Shown here: positions 1 to 11,400 of the stretch, piece by piece
Layout of the letters: each line of letters opens with the position of its first letter
How positions within the stretch are numbered: the stretch's first letter is position 1
NCBI GenBank assembly: GCA_964401385.1
Contig: CAYNYF010000007.1
Coordinates: 3,206-67,205 of the forward strand
DNA: 64,000 nucleotides
Direction: 5' to 3'
Origin: an uncultured Planctomycetaceae bacterium
Lineage (GTDB): Bacteria > Planctomycetota > Phycisphaerae > SM23-33
Program-made: the position numbers and the translations under genes
Notes under the pieces: model-generated
Databases searched by the model: none
What the model saw: only the letters and a program-made list of their open reading frames with translations
What the model was told of the DNA's origin: nothing

Positions 1-2085
1 ACCCTGGCGAGCGAGAAGCAGAGCAACTTCCAGCGGGCGATCGAGGAGGCCGCCCAGGTAGTGAAGGCCTGCCGGCCGGGAGACGCCGTCAGCGTGATCC
101 TGGGCGGGCCGGCGCCGCAGGCGATCGTGCCGTCGCCGCTGTCGGACCGCGAGGCCGTCGGTAAGGCCCTGGCCGAGCTGACCGCCCCCGGCGGGTCGAT
201 GGACACGCTGGAGGCGCTGCGGGCGGCGACGCTATCGCTGGCGGCCGGAACCAACCCCGCCAAGAAGATCGTCCTCATCACCGACGGCCAGCGGCTCGGC
301 TGGGACCTGGCCGCCTCGCAGAGGTGGCATTTCCTCGCCGAGGCCGGCGAATCGCTGCCGACCCGGCCGCTGGTGATCGCCCGCACGCTGGAGATGCCGG
401 AGAAGTGGTCCAACGCCTGCGCGGCCGGACTGAGCTTTTCCCGCGACGTGATCGGCACCGACCGGGCGGTCAAGGTCACCGCCACCGTCGCCAACACCGG
501 CGTCGGCGGTATCCAGTGCGAGGCCGTCGAGCTCTGGATCGACGAGGAGCTTATGGACAGCCGCCCGATCGACGAGATCGCCGACGGCGCCTCCAGCTCG
601 GTGGTCTTCGAGCCGCGCTTCGAGCAGCCCGGCCCGCACGTCGTCCAGGCGCGCGTCGTCTGCAAGGACGACCTGCCCGCCGACAACCGAACCACCCGCG
701 TGGTGAACGTCTTGCGCACGCTGCCGGTGCTGATCGTCCAGGGCAAGTCCTCCACGCAGCCGCTGGCCAGCGACGGCGACTTCCTCAAGATCGCCATGAC
801 CCCGCCGCCGGCGAAGGGCAACCCCTCCGGCCGGAACGAGGCGGGTGGGAACAGTCAGGACTTGATCCGGGCAGAAGTCGTCAACGCGATGGACATCGCC
901 TCGGTAAAGGATTTCTCCGGCTATCGGGTGGTGGTCCTGGCCAACGCGGCCCGGCTGCCGGCGGCTGCGGCCGGGAAGCTGGCCGAGTTCGTCCAGGCCG
1001 GCGGCGGGCTGCTGATCGCCCCCGGAAGCAAGGTCCAGAAGGACTTCTACGACAACTGGACCGCACCCGACGGAAAGCCGCTGACCGGCTGCCGCCTGGC
1101 GAAGATCCAGCAGGACCAGGCCGGCGGCGCCGGCACCGAGCGGTTCGCCCACGTCGCCGTGAACACCATCGACCATCCGGCGCTGAAGCTGCTGTCGGAC
1201 CCGTCGGTCAGCGACCTGGGGGCGGCGCGGATCAAACGCCACTGGGTGCTCGTCCCGCCCGAGAACGACGAGACGGTCGCGGTCGCCGCCCTGCTGGAGA
1301 CGGGCGACCCGTTCATGGTGCAGCGCAAGGGCAGGGACGCGCGGGGATTCGTCATCACCCTCGCCCTGCCGCTGAACACGGACTTTTCCGACCTGCCGGT
1401 GCACGAGTGCGAGTGCTTCGTGCCGATGCTGCATGAGCTGCTGTACTACCTGGCCGCCCCGTCGCAGTTGCCGCTGAACGTCGAGCCCGGCCAGCGGCTG
1501 GTTTACACCGTGCCCGGGCAGGTGCGTAAGGGCGACAAGGCCCACGTCATGGCCCCCGACGGCCGGCCGGTGGACGCGGAGCTTCAGCAGCGCAAGGGGC
1601 GGTGGCAGGCCACCTACCTGACGGTCCGCCCGGGCCTGCACCGGCTGACGATACCGGACCCGGCCCTGGGCGAGCTGGCGACGCGTCCGGCGGTGGCGGG
1701 CAAAGGCCCGGCCGGCGCCGGCGGCATTCCCTTCGTGGTGCTGGCCGATCCGGCCGAGAGCCGACTGGAAGCCCTCAGCGACGACGACTACAACCGCGCC
1801 GGGCAGTTCGTCCAGCTCGCGCGGGCCGAGAGCCTCAGCGAGCTGACCGCCGCCATCACCGGCGACGCGCCCGGCAGCGAAATCTGGCGCTACCTGGCGC
1901 TGGCGGTGCTGGTTCTGTTGGTGGTCGAGATCCTCGCCACTCGCGCCATCACCGTCCGGCGCAGGATTCACCTGGCCGCGCCCGTCGCCTTCGGCGCCAG
2001 GCAGGTCGACGCCGAGCAGTTCCGCCGGGGCGCCGGTAAGCCCGCGCCGCCGCGGCCGCAGCTCAAGGAGGCGCCGACGCCATGA
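1..2085 (+). CDS. vWA domain-containing membrane protein (BatB/aerotolerance-like), 5' partial (start upstream of window)
   Basis: The reading frame is open from nt 1 and in frame with ORF 61..2085. vWA MIDAS-type motif ...KKIVLITDGQ is present. C-terminal TM helix WRYLALAVLVLLVVEILATRAI. The stop overlaps the start of the next gene (ATGA at 2082). Confidence 0.75.
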   Translation, partial: TLASEKQSNFQRAIEEAAQVVKACRPGDAVSVILGGPAPQAIVPSPLSDREAVGKALAELTAPGGSMDTLEALRAATLSLAAGTNPAKKIVLITDGQRLGWDLAASQRWHFLAEAGESLPTRPLVIARTLEMPEKWSNACAAGLSFSRDVIGTDRAVKVTATVANTGVGGIQCEAVELWIDEELMDSRPIDEIADGASSSVVFEPRFEQPGPHVVQARVVCKDDLPADNRTTRVVNVLRTLPVLIVQGKSSTQPLASDGDFLKIAMTPPPAKGNPSGRNEAGGNSQDLIRAEVVNAMDIASVKDFSGYRVVVLANAARLPAAAAGKLAEFVQAGGGLLIAPGSKVQKDFYDNWTAPDGKPLTGCRLAKIQQDQAGGAGTERFAHVAVNTIDHPALKLLSDPSVSDLGAARIKRHWVLVPPENDETVAVAALLETGDPFMVQRKGRDARGFVITLALPLNTDFSDLPVHECECFVPMLHELLYYLAAPSQLPLNVEPGQRLVYTVPGQVRKGDKAHVMAPDGRPVDAELQQRKGRWQATYLTVRPGLHRLTIPDPALGELATRPAVAGKGPAGAGGIPFVVLADPAESRLEALSDDDYNRAGQFVQLARAESLSELTAAITGDAPGSEIWRYLALAVLVLLVVEILATRAITVRRRIHLAAPVAFGARQVDAEQFRRGAGKPAPPRPQLKEAPTP

Positions 2086-5000
2086 CCTCCCCGGCACTGG
2101 CATTTTTCGTGCTTTCGCCGGCCTGGCCGAGCTGGCTGCTGATTCTGGGCGTGGTCGCCGCCGCGGCCGTGTGGCTGTGGTCGTACGGGCTCGTGCGGCT
2201 GCTCGCGGGCGAGCCGGACGGCGGCAGGCCGGCGCTGCTGGGCAGGCTCCGCCAGGCAGGGCTGATCACCGGGCGCGTGGGGCTGGCCTTCGGCGGCATC
2301 TGGCTGGGCTTCCAGGTAGCCGGGCGAATTTTCCTGCTGGCGACCAACTGGTCGATCTGGCCGGTGGCGCTGATCGCCGCCTGCGGCGCCGAGGCCGTCA
2401 TCTGGCTGTACCGGCTGGAGCGGCAGATCGTCCCGCGGCGGACGGGCCTGCTGCTGACGGGCCTGCGGCTGGGGCTGCTGGGGCTGGTGATCCTGATGCT
2501 GGTTCAGCCGGTGTTCGTCTCTGTCCGGCGGGAGATGAGAAAGCGCGTGCTGGCGCTGCTGGTGGACACCTCCGCCTCCATGCGCATTTCCGACCGCCAG
2601 CTTCCGCCGCAGGAGAAGCTGCGCCTGGCCGAGGCGTTCTCGGTGGGCCCGGCCCGCCGGCCGTATCACCTGGAAGACAACGCCGACAGCCTGCGCGCGG
2701 TCCAGGCCGCCCTGGTGGGCGAGCTGGCTTGGCTGGACCGGCTTTCCCAGGCCGGCAGCGACGCCATCGGCGAGCAGCTCATCGCCCGGCGGAAGGAGCT
2801 GCACGAGAGGTTCAACGCCTGGGGGCAGGTGGTCGCCGAGCAGACCGACGCGGTCCAGTCGCTGCTGGATGAGTTCAAGCAGCTTCCGAAGAACCTCCAG
2901 GCGGACCTGCAAAGCGCCAAGGCCACGCTTTCGGCGCACGTCCGCCCGGGCCTGGTGGACGCGGCCGCACGCACGCACGAGGACCATGTGGACACCCTGG
3001 CGGCGGACTTCGGCCGCCTGCGGAGCGACCTGCGCCGGACGGTGAAGGAGCTGGCCAAGGCCGCCCCGCTGCTGGAGAAGGTCGGCCAAGAGCTGGACAG
3101 GTCCCTGTACGAGCAGCTCAGCGGCTCCGACCGCGCCGCCGTCGAGGCCGTGGCCGGGCTTTCCCGGCTGGAGCTGGCCAAGGCCACGCTGCTGCACCGG
3201 CCGACGCTGCCCGACAAGGACGAGCAGGAGGAGTCCCTGCTGGCCAGGCTCGCCGAGCAGTACAACCTGAAGATCTACACCTTCGCCGGCGAGCTGGCCG
3301 AGGTTGACGCGAAGGGCTGGTCCGACCCGATCCCCTCGGCCGCAGCCCACGTCGCCACCGCGCCGGCGGGAACGGGCGGAACCGCCAGGTCCGACGACCC
3401 CGCCATACAAAGGACGGACCTGGCCGGAGCCATGGGCAAGGCGCTGGCCGAGGTCGGCGCCGACCAGCTCGCCGCCATGGTGGTGCTCTCGGAGGGCCAG
3501 GACAACGGCAACCTCAAGGCCGAACCCGTCGCCCGCCAGCTCGGCGGGCAGGGCTCGGCCATGTGGGGGATCATAATGGGCGCCGAGAAGCCCCCCACCG
3601 ACGCCGCCATCATCGCCATCGAAGCCCCCGAGGCGGTCTACCTGGCCGACCGGATGTTCATCGACGCCGAGCTGAAGCTGGACGGCCTGGCGGGCAAGGA
3701 GGTGCGGGCGACGCTGTACGACGGCGACCGGCCGGTGGACTTCAAGACCATCCGCGTCGCCGGCGACGTCTACCGCACGCACATCCAACTGGCCGACGAG
3801 CCCAAGAAGGTCGGCCTGCACTCGTATCGACTGGAGCTGAGCAAGCATCCCGACGAGGTCTTCACCGACAACAACTCCTACGCCCTGACGCTGTCGGTCA
3901 CCGACGACAAGACCAAGGTGCTGCTGGTGGATTCGCGCCCGCGGTGGGAGTTCCGCTACCTCAAGAACCTCTTCACCGGCCGGGACAAGACGGTCACGCT
4001 GCAATACGTGCTGCTGCGGCCCGACCGGTTCTACGGCCAGCCCCCGCGGCCGAAGGTGCACGCCTCCGTCAGCCGCCGCCGTCGCGGCCAGGAGGAGGCG
4101 ACGCTGCTGCCCAAGGACGAGGCCGAGTGGCTCAAGTTCGACGTGATCTTCCTGGGCGACGTCGCCGAGAAGGACCTGTCCGGCGAGGACGTGGAGGCCC
4201 TGCGCCGGTTCGTCTCCGACCGCGGCGGGACGCTGATTCTGATCGCCGGCAAGGAGTCCATGCCCGGCGACCTGGCCGGGACGCCGCTGTCCGAGCTGGT
4301 CCCGGTGGAGCTGTCGGCCCCGCCCAAAGCGGCCGCCAGGCTGCCGCGCCAGGGCTTTCGCATCGCCCTCACGCCGGAAGGTGAGGACCACGTGATCCTC
4401 CGCCAAGACGTGGAGCCGGCCAAGTCCTCCCAGATCTGGGAATCGCTGCCGCCGCTGTTCTGGCGCAGCCCGTTCCTCCAGGCCAAGAAGACCGCCACCG
4501 TGCTGGCCTACGCCCTGGAGGCCGACGCCCCCAAGTGGCTGACGGGAAAGCCCCCGCCGCCGGCCACGCTGCCGGAGGACATCGCCCGGCGCCGCCAGGA
4601 GTTCCGCCGCTCCCGCGCCCTGATCGCGGTGGCCCCCTACGGGCTGGGCAAGGTGATGATGCTGAGCTTCGACCGCACCTGGCGGCTGCGGTATCGCATG
4701 GGCGACACGTATCACCACAAGTTCTGGGGCCAGGTGCTGCGGTGGGCGACGGCCGGCAAGCTGCCCGCCGGGACCGACCTGGTCAAGCTCGGCAGCGACA
4801 AGACGCGCTACGCCCCGCGCGCCCGCCCGGTCGTTCGGGCCAAGATCCTCCAGGAAGACCACGCCCCCATGACCCAGGCCAGCGCCGCCGTCAAGGTCTT
4901 CGCCGGCGAGAAGCTCATCGGGCGCGTGCCCATGAGATACGTCCAGGACTCCCCGGGCATCTACACGGCCACGCTGGAGGAGTTGCCGGCGGGGAGCTAC

Positions 5001-5339
5001 CGGCTGGAGCTCGATTGCCCGGAGGCCCAGGCCCTGCTCCAGCGCGACGGGCTGGAGAAGCTTTCCGTGGAGATCTCGGTGAACCCGGCCGCCCCGGCCG
5101 AGGAGATCGAGCTGGCCGCCAACCCCAACCTGCTGGGCCGGCTGGCCGGGCTCAGCCACGAGGGCGGCCTGCTGCGCCCGTACAAGGCGCGGCGCCTGCT
5201 GGAGAGCCTGCCGCCCGGAAAAGTGGAGCAAACGCACCGCAGGCAATTCGCCCTCTGGGACTCGTGGGTTCTGTTCGGACTGTTCTGCGCCGCCGCGACG
5301 GCGGAGTGGCTATTGCGCAAGAGGGTGGGTCTGGCATAG
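2082..5339 (+). CDS. large membrane protein with N-terminal TM helices, vWA domain and ThuA/DUF4159-like (class I glutamine amidotransferase-like) domain
   Basis: 1085-aa ORF. N-terminal hydrophobic helices. vWA MIDAS motif LVDTSASMRISD. ThuA-like segment VIFLGDVAEKDLSGEDVEALRRFVSDRGGTLILIAG. C-terminal TM helix. Translationally coupled to the upstream vWA gene. Confidence 0.75.
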   Translation: MTSPALAFFVLSPAWPSWLLILGVVAAAAVWLWSYGLVRLLAGEPDGGRPALLGRLRQAGLITGRVGLAFGGIWLGFQVAGRIFLLATNWSIWPVALIAACGAEAVIWLYRLERQIVPRRTGLLLTGLRLGLLGLVILMLVQPVFVSVRREMRKRVLALLVDTSASMRISDRQLPPQEKLRLAEAFSVGPARRPYHLEDNADSLRAVQAALVGELAWLDRLSQAGSDAIGEQLIARRKELHERFNAWGQVVAEQTDAVQSLLDEFKQLPKNLQADLQSAKATLSAHVRPGLVDAAARTHEDHVDTLAADFGRLRSDLRRTVKELAKAAPLLEKVGQELDRSLYEQLSGSDRAAVEAVAGLSRLELAKATLLHRPTLPDKDEQEESLLARLAEQYNLKIYTFAGELAEVDAKGWSDPIPSAAAHVATAPAGTGGTARSDDPAIQRTDLAGAMGKALAEVGADQLAAMVVLSEGQDNGNLKAEPVARQLGGQGSAMWGIIMGAEKPPTDAAIIAIEAPEAVYLADRMFIDAELKLDGLAGKEVRATLYDGDRPVDFKTIRVAGDVYRTHIQLADEPKKVGLHSYRLELSKHPDEVFTDNNSYALTLSVTDDKTKVLLVDSRPRWEFRYLKNLFTGRDKTVTLQYVLLRPDRFYGQPPRPKVHASVSRRRRGQEEATLLPKDEAEWLKFDVIFLGDVAEKDLSGEDVEALRRFVSDRGGTLILIAGKESMPGDLAGTPLSELVPVELSAPPKAAARLPRQGFRIALTPEGEDHVILRQDVEPAKSSQIWESLPPLFWRSPFLQAKKTATVLAYALEADAPKWLTGKPPPPATLPEDIARRRQEFRRSRALIAVAPYGLGKVMMLSFDRTWRLRYRMGDTYHHKFWGQVLRWATAGKLPAGTDLVKLGSDKTRYAPRARPVVRAKILQEDHAPMTQASAAVKVFAGEKLIGRVPMRYVQDSPGIYTATLEELPAGSYRLELDCPEAQALLQRDGLEKLSVEISVNPAAPAEEIELAANPNLLGRLAGLSHEGGLLRPYKARRLLESLPPGKVEQTHRRQFALWDSWVLFGLFCAAATAEWLLRKRVGLA

Positions 5340-5448
5340 ATCGGCGGCCGATGCGGCCGAGGGCCCCGGCGGAATTCCGCGGCAGGGGGCCCCGAAAAAG
5401 GCGGCACACGGTCAGGCGTGTGCGATCGGAACGAAGGAGGCCCAAGCC

Positions 5449-8400
5449 ATGACGCGGGCTGCGACAGAAAACGGGCAGTTGCTGGCCCCGATCGAGGCGA
5501 AGCTGCGCCGGCTGATCTGGCGGGCGCGGGCGGCCATCGCCCTCCGCGGGGCGCTGGCGACGCTGGCGGCGGCATCTCTGGCGATGCTGGTCACCGTGGT
5601 CATCGCCGTCCGATGGCCCTTCTTCGAGGCCTGGCAGCAGTATGCCCTGACTTGCCTATGGGTGGGCGCGGGCCTGGGCGCCGCGTTCGTGATGCTCGTC
5701 CGCCCCCTGGCTAGGAGCTTCTCCCTGGCCGGCATCGCCCGCGTCGTGGAGCAGCACCACCCGGAGCTGCACGAGCGCATCAGCTCCACCGTGGAACTGC
5801 TCCACAGCTCCGACGCCCCGGAAATCCGCGGCTCCGAAGCCCTCATTCACGCCCTGGCGACCGAGGCCGGACAGGACGCCCGCAGCGTCCGCCCGCGGCG
5901 CGAGGTCACCTTCCGCAGGGCGCGCCCGTTCCTGATCGCCCTGGCCGCGGTGGGCGCGGTCATCGTCGTGCTGTGCGCCACCTCCCGCGGCATGCGCAAC
6001 GAATTCGCCAAGCGGCTGCTGCCGTTCCTGAACCTGCCCAACTTCCACGCCGGCGACCTGATCATCAGCCCCGGCGTCGACCGCACGGTGCTGGCGGGCG
6101 AGCGGTTGGAGGTGACGGTCTCCCTGACCAAGGGCAAGGCCGCCAAGGCCCGCTGGGCGGAGGTGCACGTCGCCCGCCCGGAAGGCGGGCACCAGGTCGT
6201 CCGGATGAACCTGCTGCCCGGCCCCGTCGGCGGCATCGAAGGCGGGGGCGCCCGGCCGGAGAAGACCTTCGCCTACACCACGCCGCCGCTGCAGAAGTCG
6301 ATGCGCTACCGCGTCCGCGTGGGCGACGCCCGCAGCCGGTACTACCAGGCGACGGTCGAGCCGCGCCCGGCGGCGGCCGGCATCGAGGTGGCGTACGACT
6401 ACCCCGACTACCTCGGGCGGGAAGACCTGCCGCCCACGCCCGGCACGGGCCGGCTGGAGGCGCCGGTCGGGACCGTGGCGACCGTGCGCGTGCGGCTGAA
6501 CAAGCCGGTGGCCGCCGCCGAGCTGTTCGTCAACGACGGCCCCGCCGAGCTGACGCGCCTGGGCGAGAGCGAGTACAGCTTCGTGCAGGCGCTGTCCCGC
6601 CCCTCCGCCGGGAGCTGGCGGCTGGTGCTGACCGACGCCCACGGCTACACCGGCGAAGCCGGCGGCCAGATCGCCGCCATTGCCGACGCGGCGCCGGCCG
6701 CCCGCATCGTCAGCCCCGTCGAGGACAAGCTGAAGCTCAAGCCGGCCGACCGGCTGCCCATCGGCTACACCGTCTACGACGAGATCGGCCTGGACCGGGC
6801 CGAGCTGGTCGTCGCCATCGACGGCGGCGCCGAGAGGGCGATGCCCGTTCCCATGCGCAAGGCCGCCACCGGCCCCGCCGCCCACCCCGGCGAGCTGGAG
6901 ACCGTGCTGAACCTGACGGAGCTGGAGCTGTCCTCGGCACGCAAGATCACCTTCCAGCTCCGCGCCTGGGATAACCGCCCCGACGCGCTCGGCGGCGCCC
7001 AGGAGGGCGTCTCCGCGCAGAAGACCATCGAGCTGGACGTCAAGGCGCCCGGCTACGTCTTCCAGGTGCAGATGGCGCTGGACCTGCGCGTCCGCCAGAC
7101 GCTGGAGCGGATCTACCAGGAGCTGACCGAGGCCAAGAAGCTCTCCGAGCCGCTGCGGCGGTCCATGCCCGCCACGAAGAAGCTCACCGACAAGACCGTC
7201 GCCAAGATCAAGCAGATGCGGCAGCACCTGGTCACGGCCGAGCAGGACACCCGCGCCCTGGCCGAGGTCACCGCCGGCAGCGCATACCCGACACTGTCGC
7301 AGACGCTCAGCAAGCTCGCCGACGCCAACATCGCCAAGGCGGTGGACAGCTCCGAGCTGATCGTCGTCACCGACAATCAGAAGGCACGGGCCGAACAGGC
7401 CGACGAGGCCGACTTCCAGATCGACCGGGCGTTGGCGATCGTCTCCGACCTGCTGAAGAAGTTCGACGTCCTGACGGAGCTGGCCCGGCGGGCGATCGCC
7501 CTGCAAGAGCTGGCCGAGCGGCAGGAGGCGCTGGCCGCGGCCAAGCTGGCTGAGGCCACCACGCAGCCGGCGACCGCCCCGGCCGGCGGGGACGACTCGG
7601 CCGGCGCCATGAGCGGCGAGGAATGGGAAAGGGCACAGGAGCAGGTCGCCCGCGACACCGGCCAGCTTGTCCGCCAGACACCCAACGCCCTGCACGAGTC
7701 CCTCGGCCGCAACCAGCAGCGCAGCCGCGACCTGGCGGAGATGGCCGAGCGGCTCCAGCGGCGGCAGCAGGCGCTGCTCCAGCACACCGCCGCCGCCGAA
7801 GCCGTCCGGCAGACGCAGCAGCAGCTCCGGCAGCTCGCCGCGGAGCAGGCCACCCTCGCCGGGCAGATCGGCCAGCTCGCCCAGCAGGCCCGACCGGTGC
7901 CGCCGTCGGTCGAGCCCACGACACAGGCCGCCCACCAGGCGCAGGCCGCCGCCGGGGCCCTGACCACCACGCAGCCGGCGACGGCGCTTCCCATGCAGAC
8001 CGCCGCCGAGCAGGCCCTCGCCCAGACCGCCCAGCAGGCACAGGCCGAACTCCAGCGTCACGCCGCCGCCGAACTGGCCGCCGCGGCCGAGCGAATGGCC
8101 GACCAGCAGGCACAGCTCGCGCAGCGTTCCGAGTCGGCGGCGCCGCATCAGCAGACCGCCCAAGCCGCCCAGCAGGCCGCCGCCCAGGCCACCGCCCGCC
8201 AGCGCCAGGTGCTGGCGCAAGTGGGCGGGCGCCTGGCCGGGCTGGCGCGGCGTCAGGCGGCCCTGGCCCAGCGGGCAGGGCAACTCGAGCAGCCGACGAG
8301 CCCGCCGGCGCCGGCTCGCCCCGCGCAGGCCATGCAGCAGGCCGCCACGAGCCTCCGCCAGGGCGACCCCGCGTCCGCGGCCGCCCAGGCCGCCCGTGCC

Positions 8401-11400
8401 GGCGGACAGTCCCAGCAGCTAGCCGGCGAACTTGCCCGGCGCGCCGCGGCCGCCCCGCAGGCTGCGCAGCAGGCCGAACAGCGCGCCCAGCAGGCCGCCG
8501 CCCAAGCCCAACAGGCTGCCCAGCGCGCCCAGAAGGCGGCACAGGCCGCCGCCCAGGCCCAGCAGCAATCCGCCGCCGCCGCACAACGTGCCCAGCAGGC
8601 CCAGGCCACCACCCAGCAGACCGGCGCCGCCGCCGCCCAGCAGGCCGCCGCCCAAGCCCAACAGGCCGCCCAGCGCGCCCAGCAGGCCGCACAGGCCGCC
8701 CAGAAGCAATCACAGCAGGCCCAGCAGGCATCGCAGGCCGCCGCCCAAGCGGCCCAGCAGGCCCGCGGGCAGGTCCAGCCCGCACAGCAGCACTCGGCCG
8801 CCGCTGGGAAACTCGCCCAGGAGCAGGCGCAACTGGCGCGGGAGATCGCCGCGGCCGCAGCCCGCGAGGCGCCGCAGGCTGCCCAGGCCCAGGCCGCCGG
8901 ACAACAGGCCGCCGCCCAGCAGGCCCAGGCGGCCAAGCAGACTCGCCAGGCCGCCCAGCAGCTCCAAGGCGCCCCCCAGGCCCAGCAGCAGCTAGCCAAG
9001 CAGGTGCCGCAACTGAAGCGCCTGGCCGCGAAGGCCGACCGGCAGGTGCAGACGGCGATGCGGCAGCACGACCCGACGGCCGGCATGCAGCGGGCCGCCG
9101 CGGAGCTTTCCCGCAGCCGCGCCGCCCGTGCCGCCCCGTCGCAGAGGACGGCCGAGCAGCAACTCCACCGGATCGCCGAGGCCGCCCGGGAGCAGTTGGC
9201 TCGGACGGACCCCCAGCGGGCGGCCCAGCAACTGGCGGCCGCGGCCGAGCGCATGGCCCGCCGGCAGGAGCAGCTCGCCGGAGAGTCCGGCGAGGCCGTC
9301 CGGCAACAGCAGGCCGGCCAAGCCGCCCAGCGCACGTCCGAGCAGCAGCAGCAAAGGCAGCGACAGATCGTGGGACAGATCGCCGGCAGGCAGGCTCCCT
9401 TGGCGGGCCGGCAGGAGGCCCTGGCCAAGCAGGCGGGCCAGCTCGAGCAGGCGGCCGCGGCCAGCCAGCAGGCGCGTCCGGCGCGGGCAATGCAGCAGGC
9501 GGCCGAGCAACTGCGGAAGGCCAGCCCGCAGGCGGCCGCGCCCCATGCCCAGCAGGCGGCCCAGCAGGCCGAGCGCATGGCCGGAGAGTTGGCCCAGCGT
9601 TCGGCCGCGGCCGAGAAGGCGTCGCAGGGCGCGGCGGAGCGGTCGAAGGCTCAGCCGGCAGACCAGGCCGCCGCCCAGACCGCTCGCCAGGCCATGGCCC
9701 GGGCCCAGCAGGCCTCGCGTCAGGCCGATGCCGCCCGGCAGCTCGCCCGTCGGCAGGCGGAGCTGGCCAGGCAAGCCGCCCAGGCAGCCGCCGCCGAGGC
9801 GCCCCACGCCGCCCAGGCCCAACAGGCGCAGCAGCAGGCCGCCGCCGACGCCGCCCAGGCCGCCCACGCAGGCCAGCAGGCCGCGCGACAGGCGCAGGCC
9901 ACCGCCGGCCGACAGCGGCAGCTCACCGACCAGGTGGGGCAGTTGAGCCGGCTGGCCCAGCAGGCCACCCCCGCCGCCCAGGCGGCCATGCGCCAGCACA
10001 ACCCGACCGCCAACATGCAGCGGGCGGCGGGCGAGCTGGCCCAGAGCCGGCCCGCCCAGGCCCAGCCGGCCCAGCAGGCGGCGGCGCGGCAGCTTCGCCA
10101 GATCGCCCAGGCGGCCCGGCAGCAGGTCGACCCCACCCGCCCCACGGAGGCAACCCAGATCGCGCGGTCCGCGGCGTCCCTCGCCCAGCAGCAGCAGCGG
10201 CTGCGGGCGCGGGCCGCCGAGCTGACCGGCCAGCTCGCCCGCGGGCAGAACCAACTGGATCGGCAGGAGCTGACGCGCCTCCAGGCCGCCCAGCAGCAGA
10301 TCGCGCGCGAGGCGGCCGAGCTGTCCGACGACGTCCGCCAGCAGGCCCCGCAGGCCGACCGCATCGACACGCAGGCCGCCCGCGCCGCGGCGGAGGCGCT
10401 GCGTCGGCTGGGCGGGCGGCAGCTCGCGGCCGCGGCCGAGTCGGGACACCGAGCCGCCAACCTGATGAATGAAATGGAGCGGCGCCTCGGCCGGCCGGAG
10501 GAAGGCGGCGGCGAAGAGTCAGGCCAGCGTGGTGAAGAATCCGGGCAAGGTGGTGAAGAGTCCGGACACGCCGGCCAAGAGTCCGGGCACGGCGGCCAAG
10601 AGTCCGGGCACGGCGGCCAAGAGTCCGGGCACGGCGGGCAGGATTCCGGTCAGGGCTCCGGTCAGCCCGGACAGGGCCGGTCCGGACAGGTCCAGGCGGC
10701 CACGCCGTCCGGACAGGAGCCCGACCAGGTCGCCGCCGAGCAAGGGCCCACCGCCGCCGAGCGCCGGGCCGAACTAGCCGAGCAGGCCGGCGACCTCGCC
10801 GGCAGGCAGCAGCGCGTCGCCGACGAGGCCGCGGCCCTGGCCGGGCGGCGGCGAGGGCAACTGCTGGCCAGCAGGCAGCAGCAGATCGGCGAAGGCACCG
10901 CCGACCTCCAGCAGGGGGCGGAGCTGATCAACGATCACATCCGGGACCTGCTGCCGGATGCCACCGCCAGGCAACTGGCCCGGCAGGCGACCGGCGCCCT
11001 TCAGCAGGCGGCCGCCGCGCAATCGTCGGCCGAGCGGGCGATGAGCGCCGGTCAGCCGGGGCAGTCCATGCAACCGCAGCAGGGATCGGCCGCGGGCCTG
11101 GGCCGGGCCGCCGGGGCCCTCCGCCGGCTCGGGCAGCGGCTCTCCGAACAGGCCAGGCGGGCCCGGCAGCGGCCGCCGGAAGGTGAAGACGCCCTCCCCG
11201 GCGAGCTGGCCGAGGCCTACGACGCGGCCCGCTCGGCCTCCCAGAGCCGGCAGCTTTCCGACGCGGCCATGGCCGCCCGACTGATGGCACAACTGGCCGC
11301 CGGGACGATCCGCCGGGCGATGTCCATGGGGGTGATGCCGATGGCCGGCTGGCCCAACCAGAGCCCCGAGGGCATGGCGCTCAGCTCCAACGCCCGGGTG

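Noticed and set aside
1968-5246. 1092-aa antisense ORF across the vWA/ThuA gene, and 232..2103 antisense to the first gene
   Set aside because: Arg/Gly/Leu/Gln-rich with no motifs. The plus-strand genes have clear vWA and TM features.
5656-10472. Very long ORFs on the opposite strand and alternative frames of the giant gene (5656..8283 -, 7367..9490 -, 7623..10472 +, 8253..9578 -, 8992..10449 -, 9720..10460 -)
   Set aside because: Their products are extreme Arg/Pro/Gly/Ala or Cys/Ala/Trp low-complexity, typical of wrong-frame translation of GC-rich GCN/CAG repeat DNA. The sense frame has the coherent domain structure.
10469-10777. CRISPR-like appearance of the 24-bp tandem array at 10507-10650
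   Set aside because: Units are directly adjacent with no spacers, lie inside a coding frame, and encode in-frame peptide repeats. There are no cas genes nearby.
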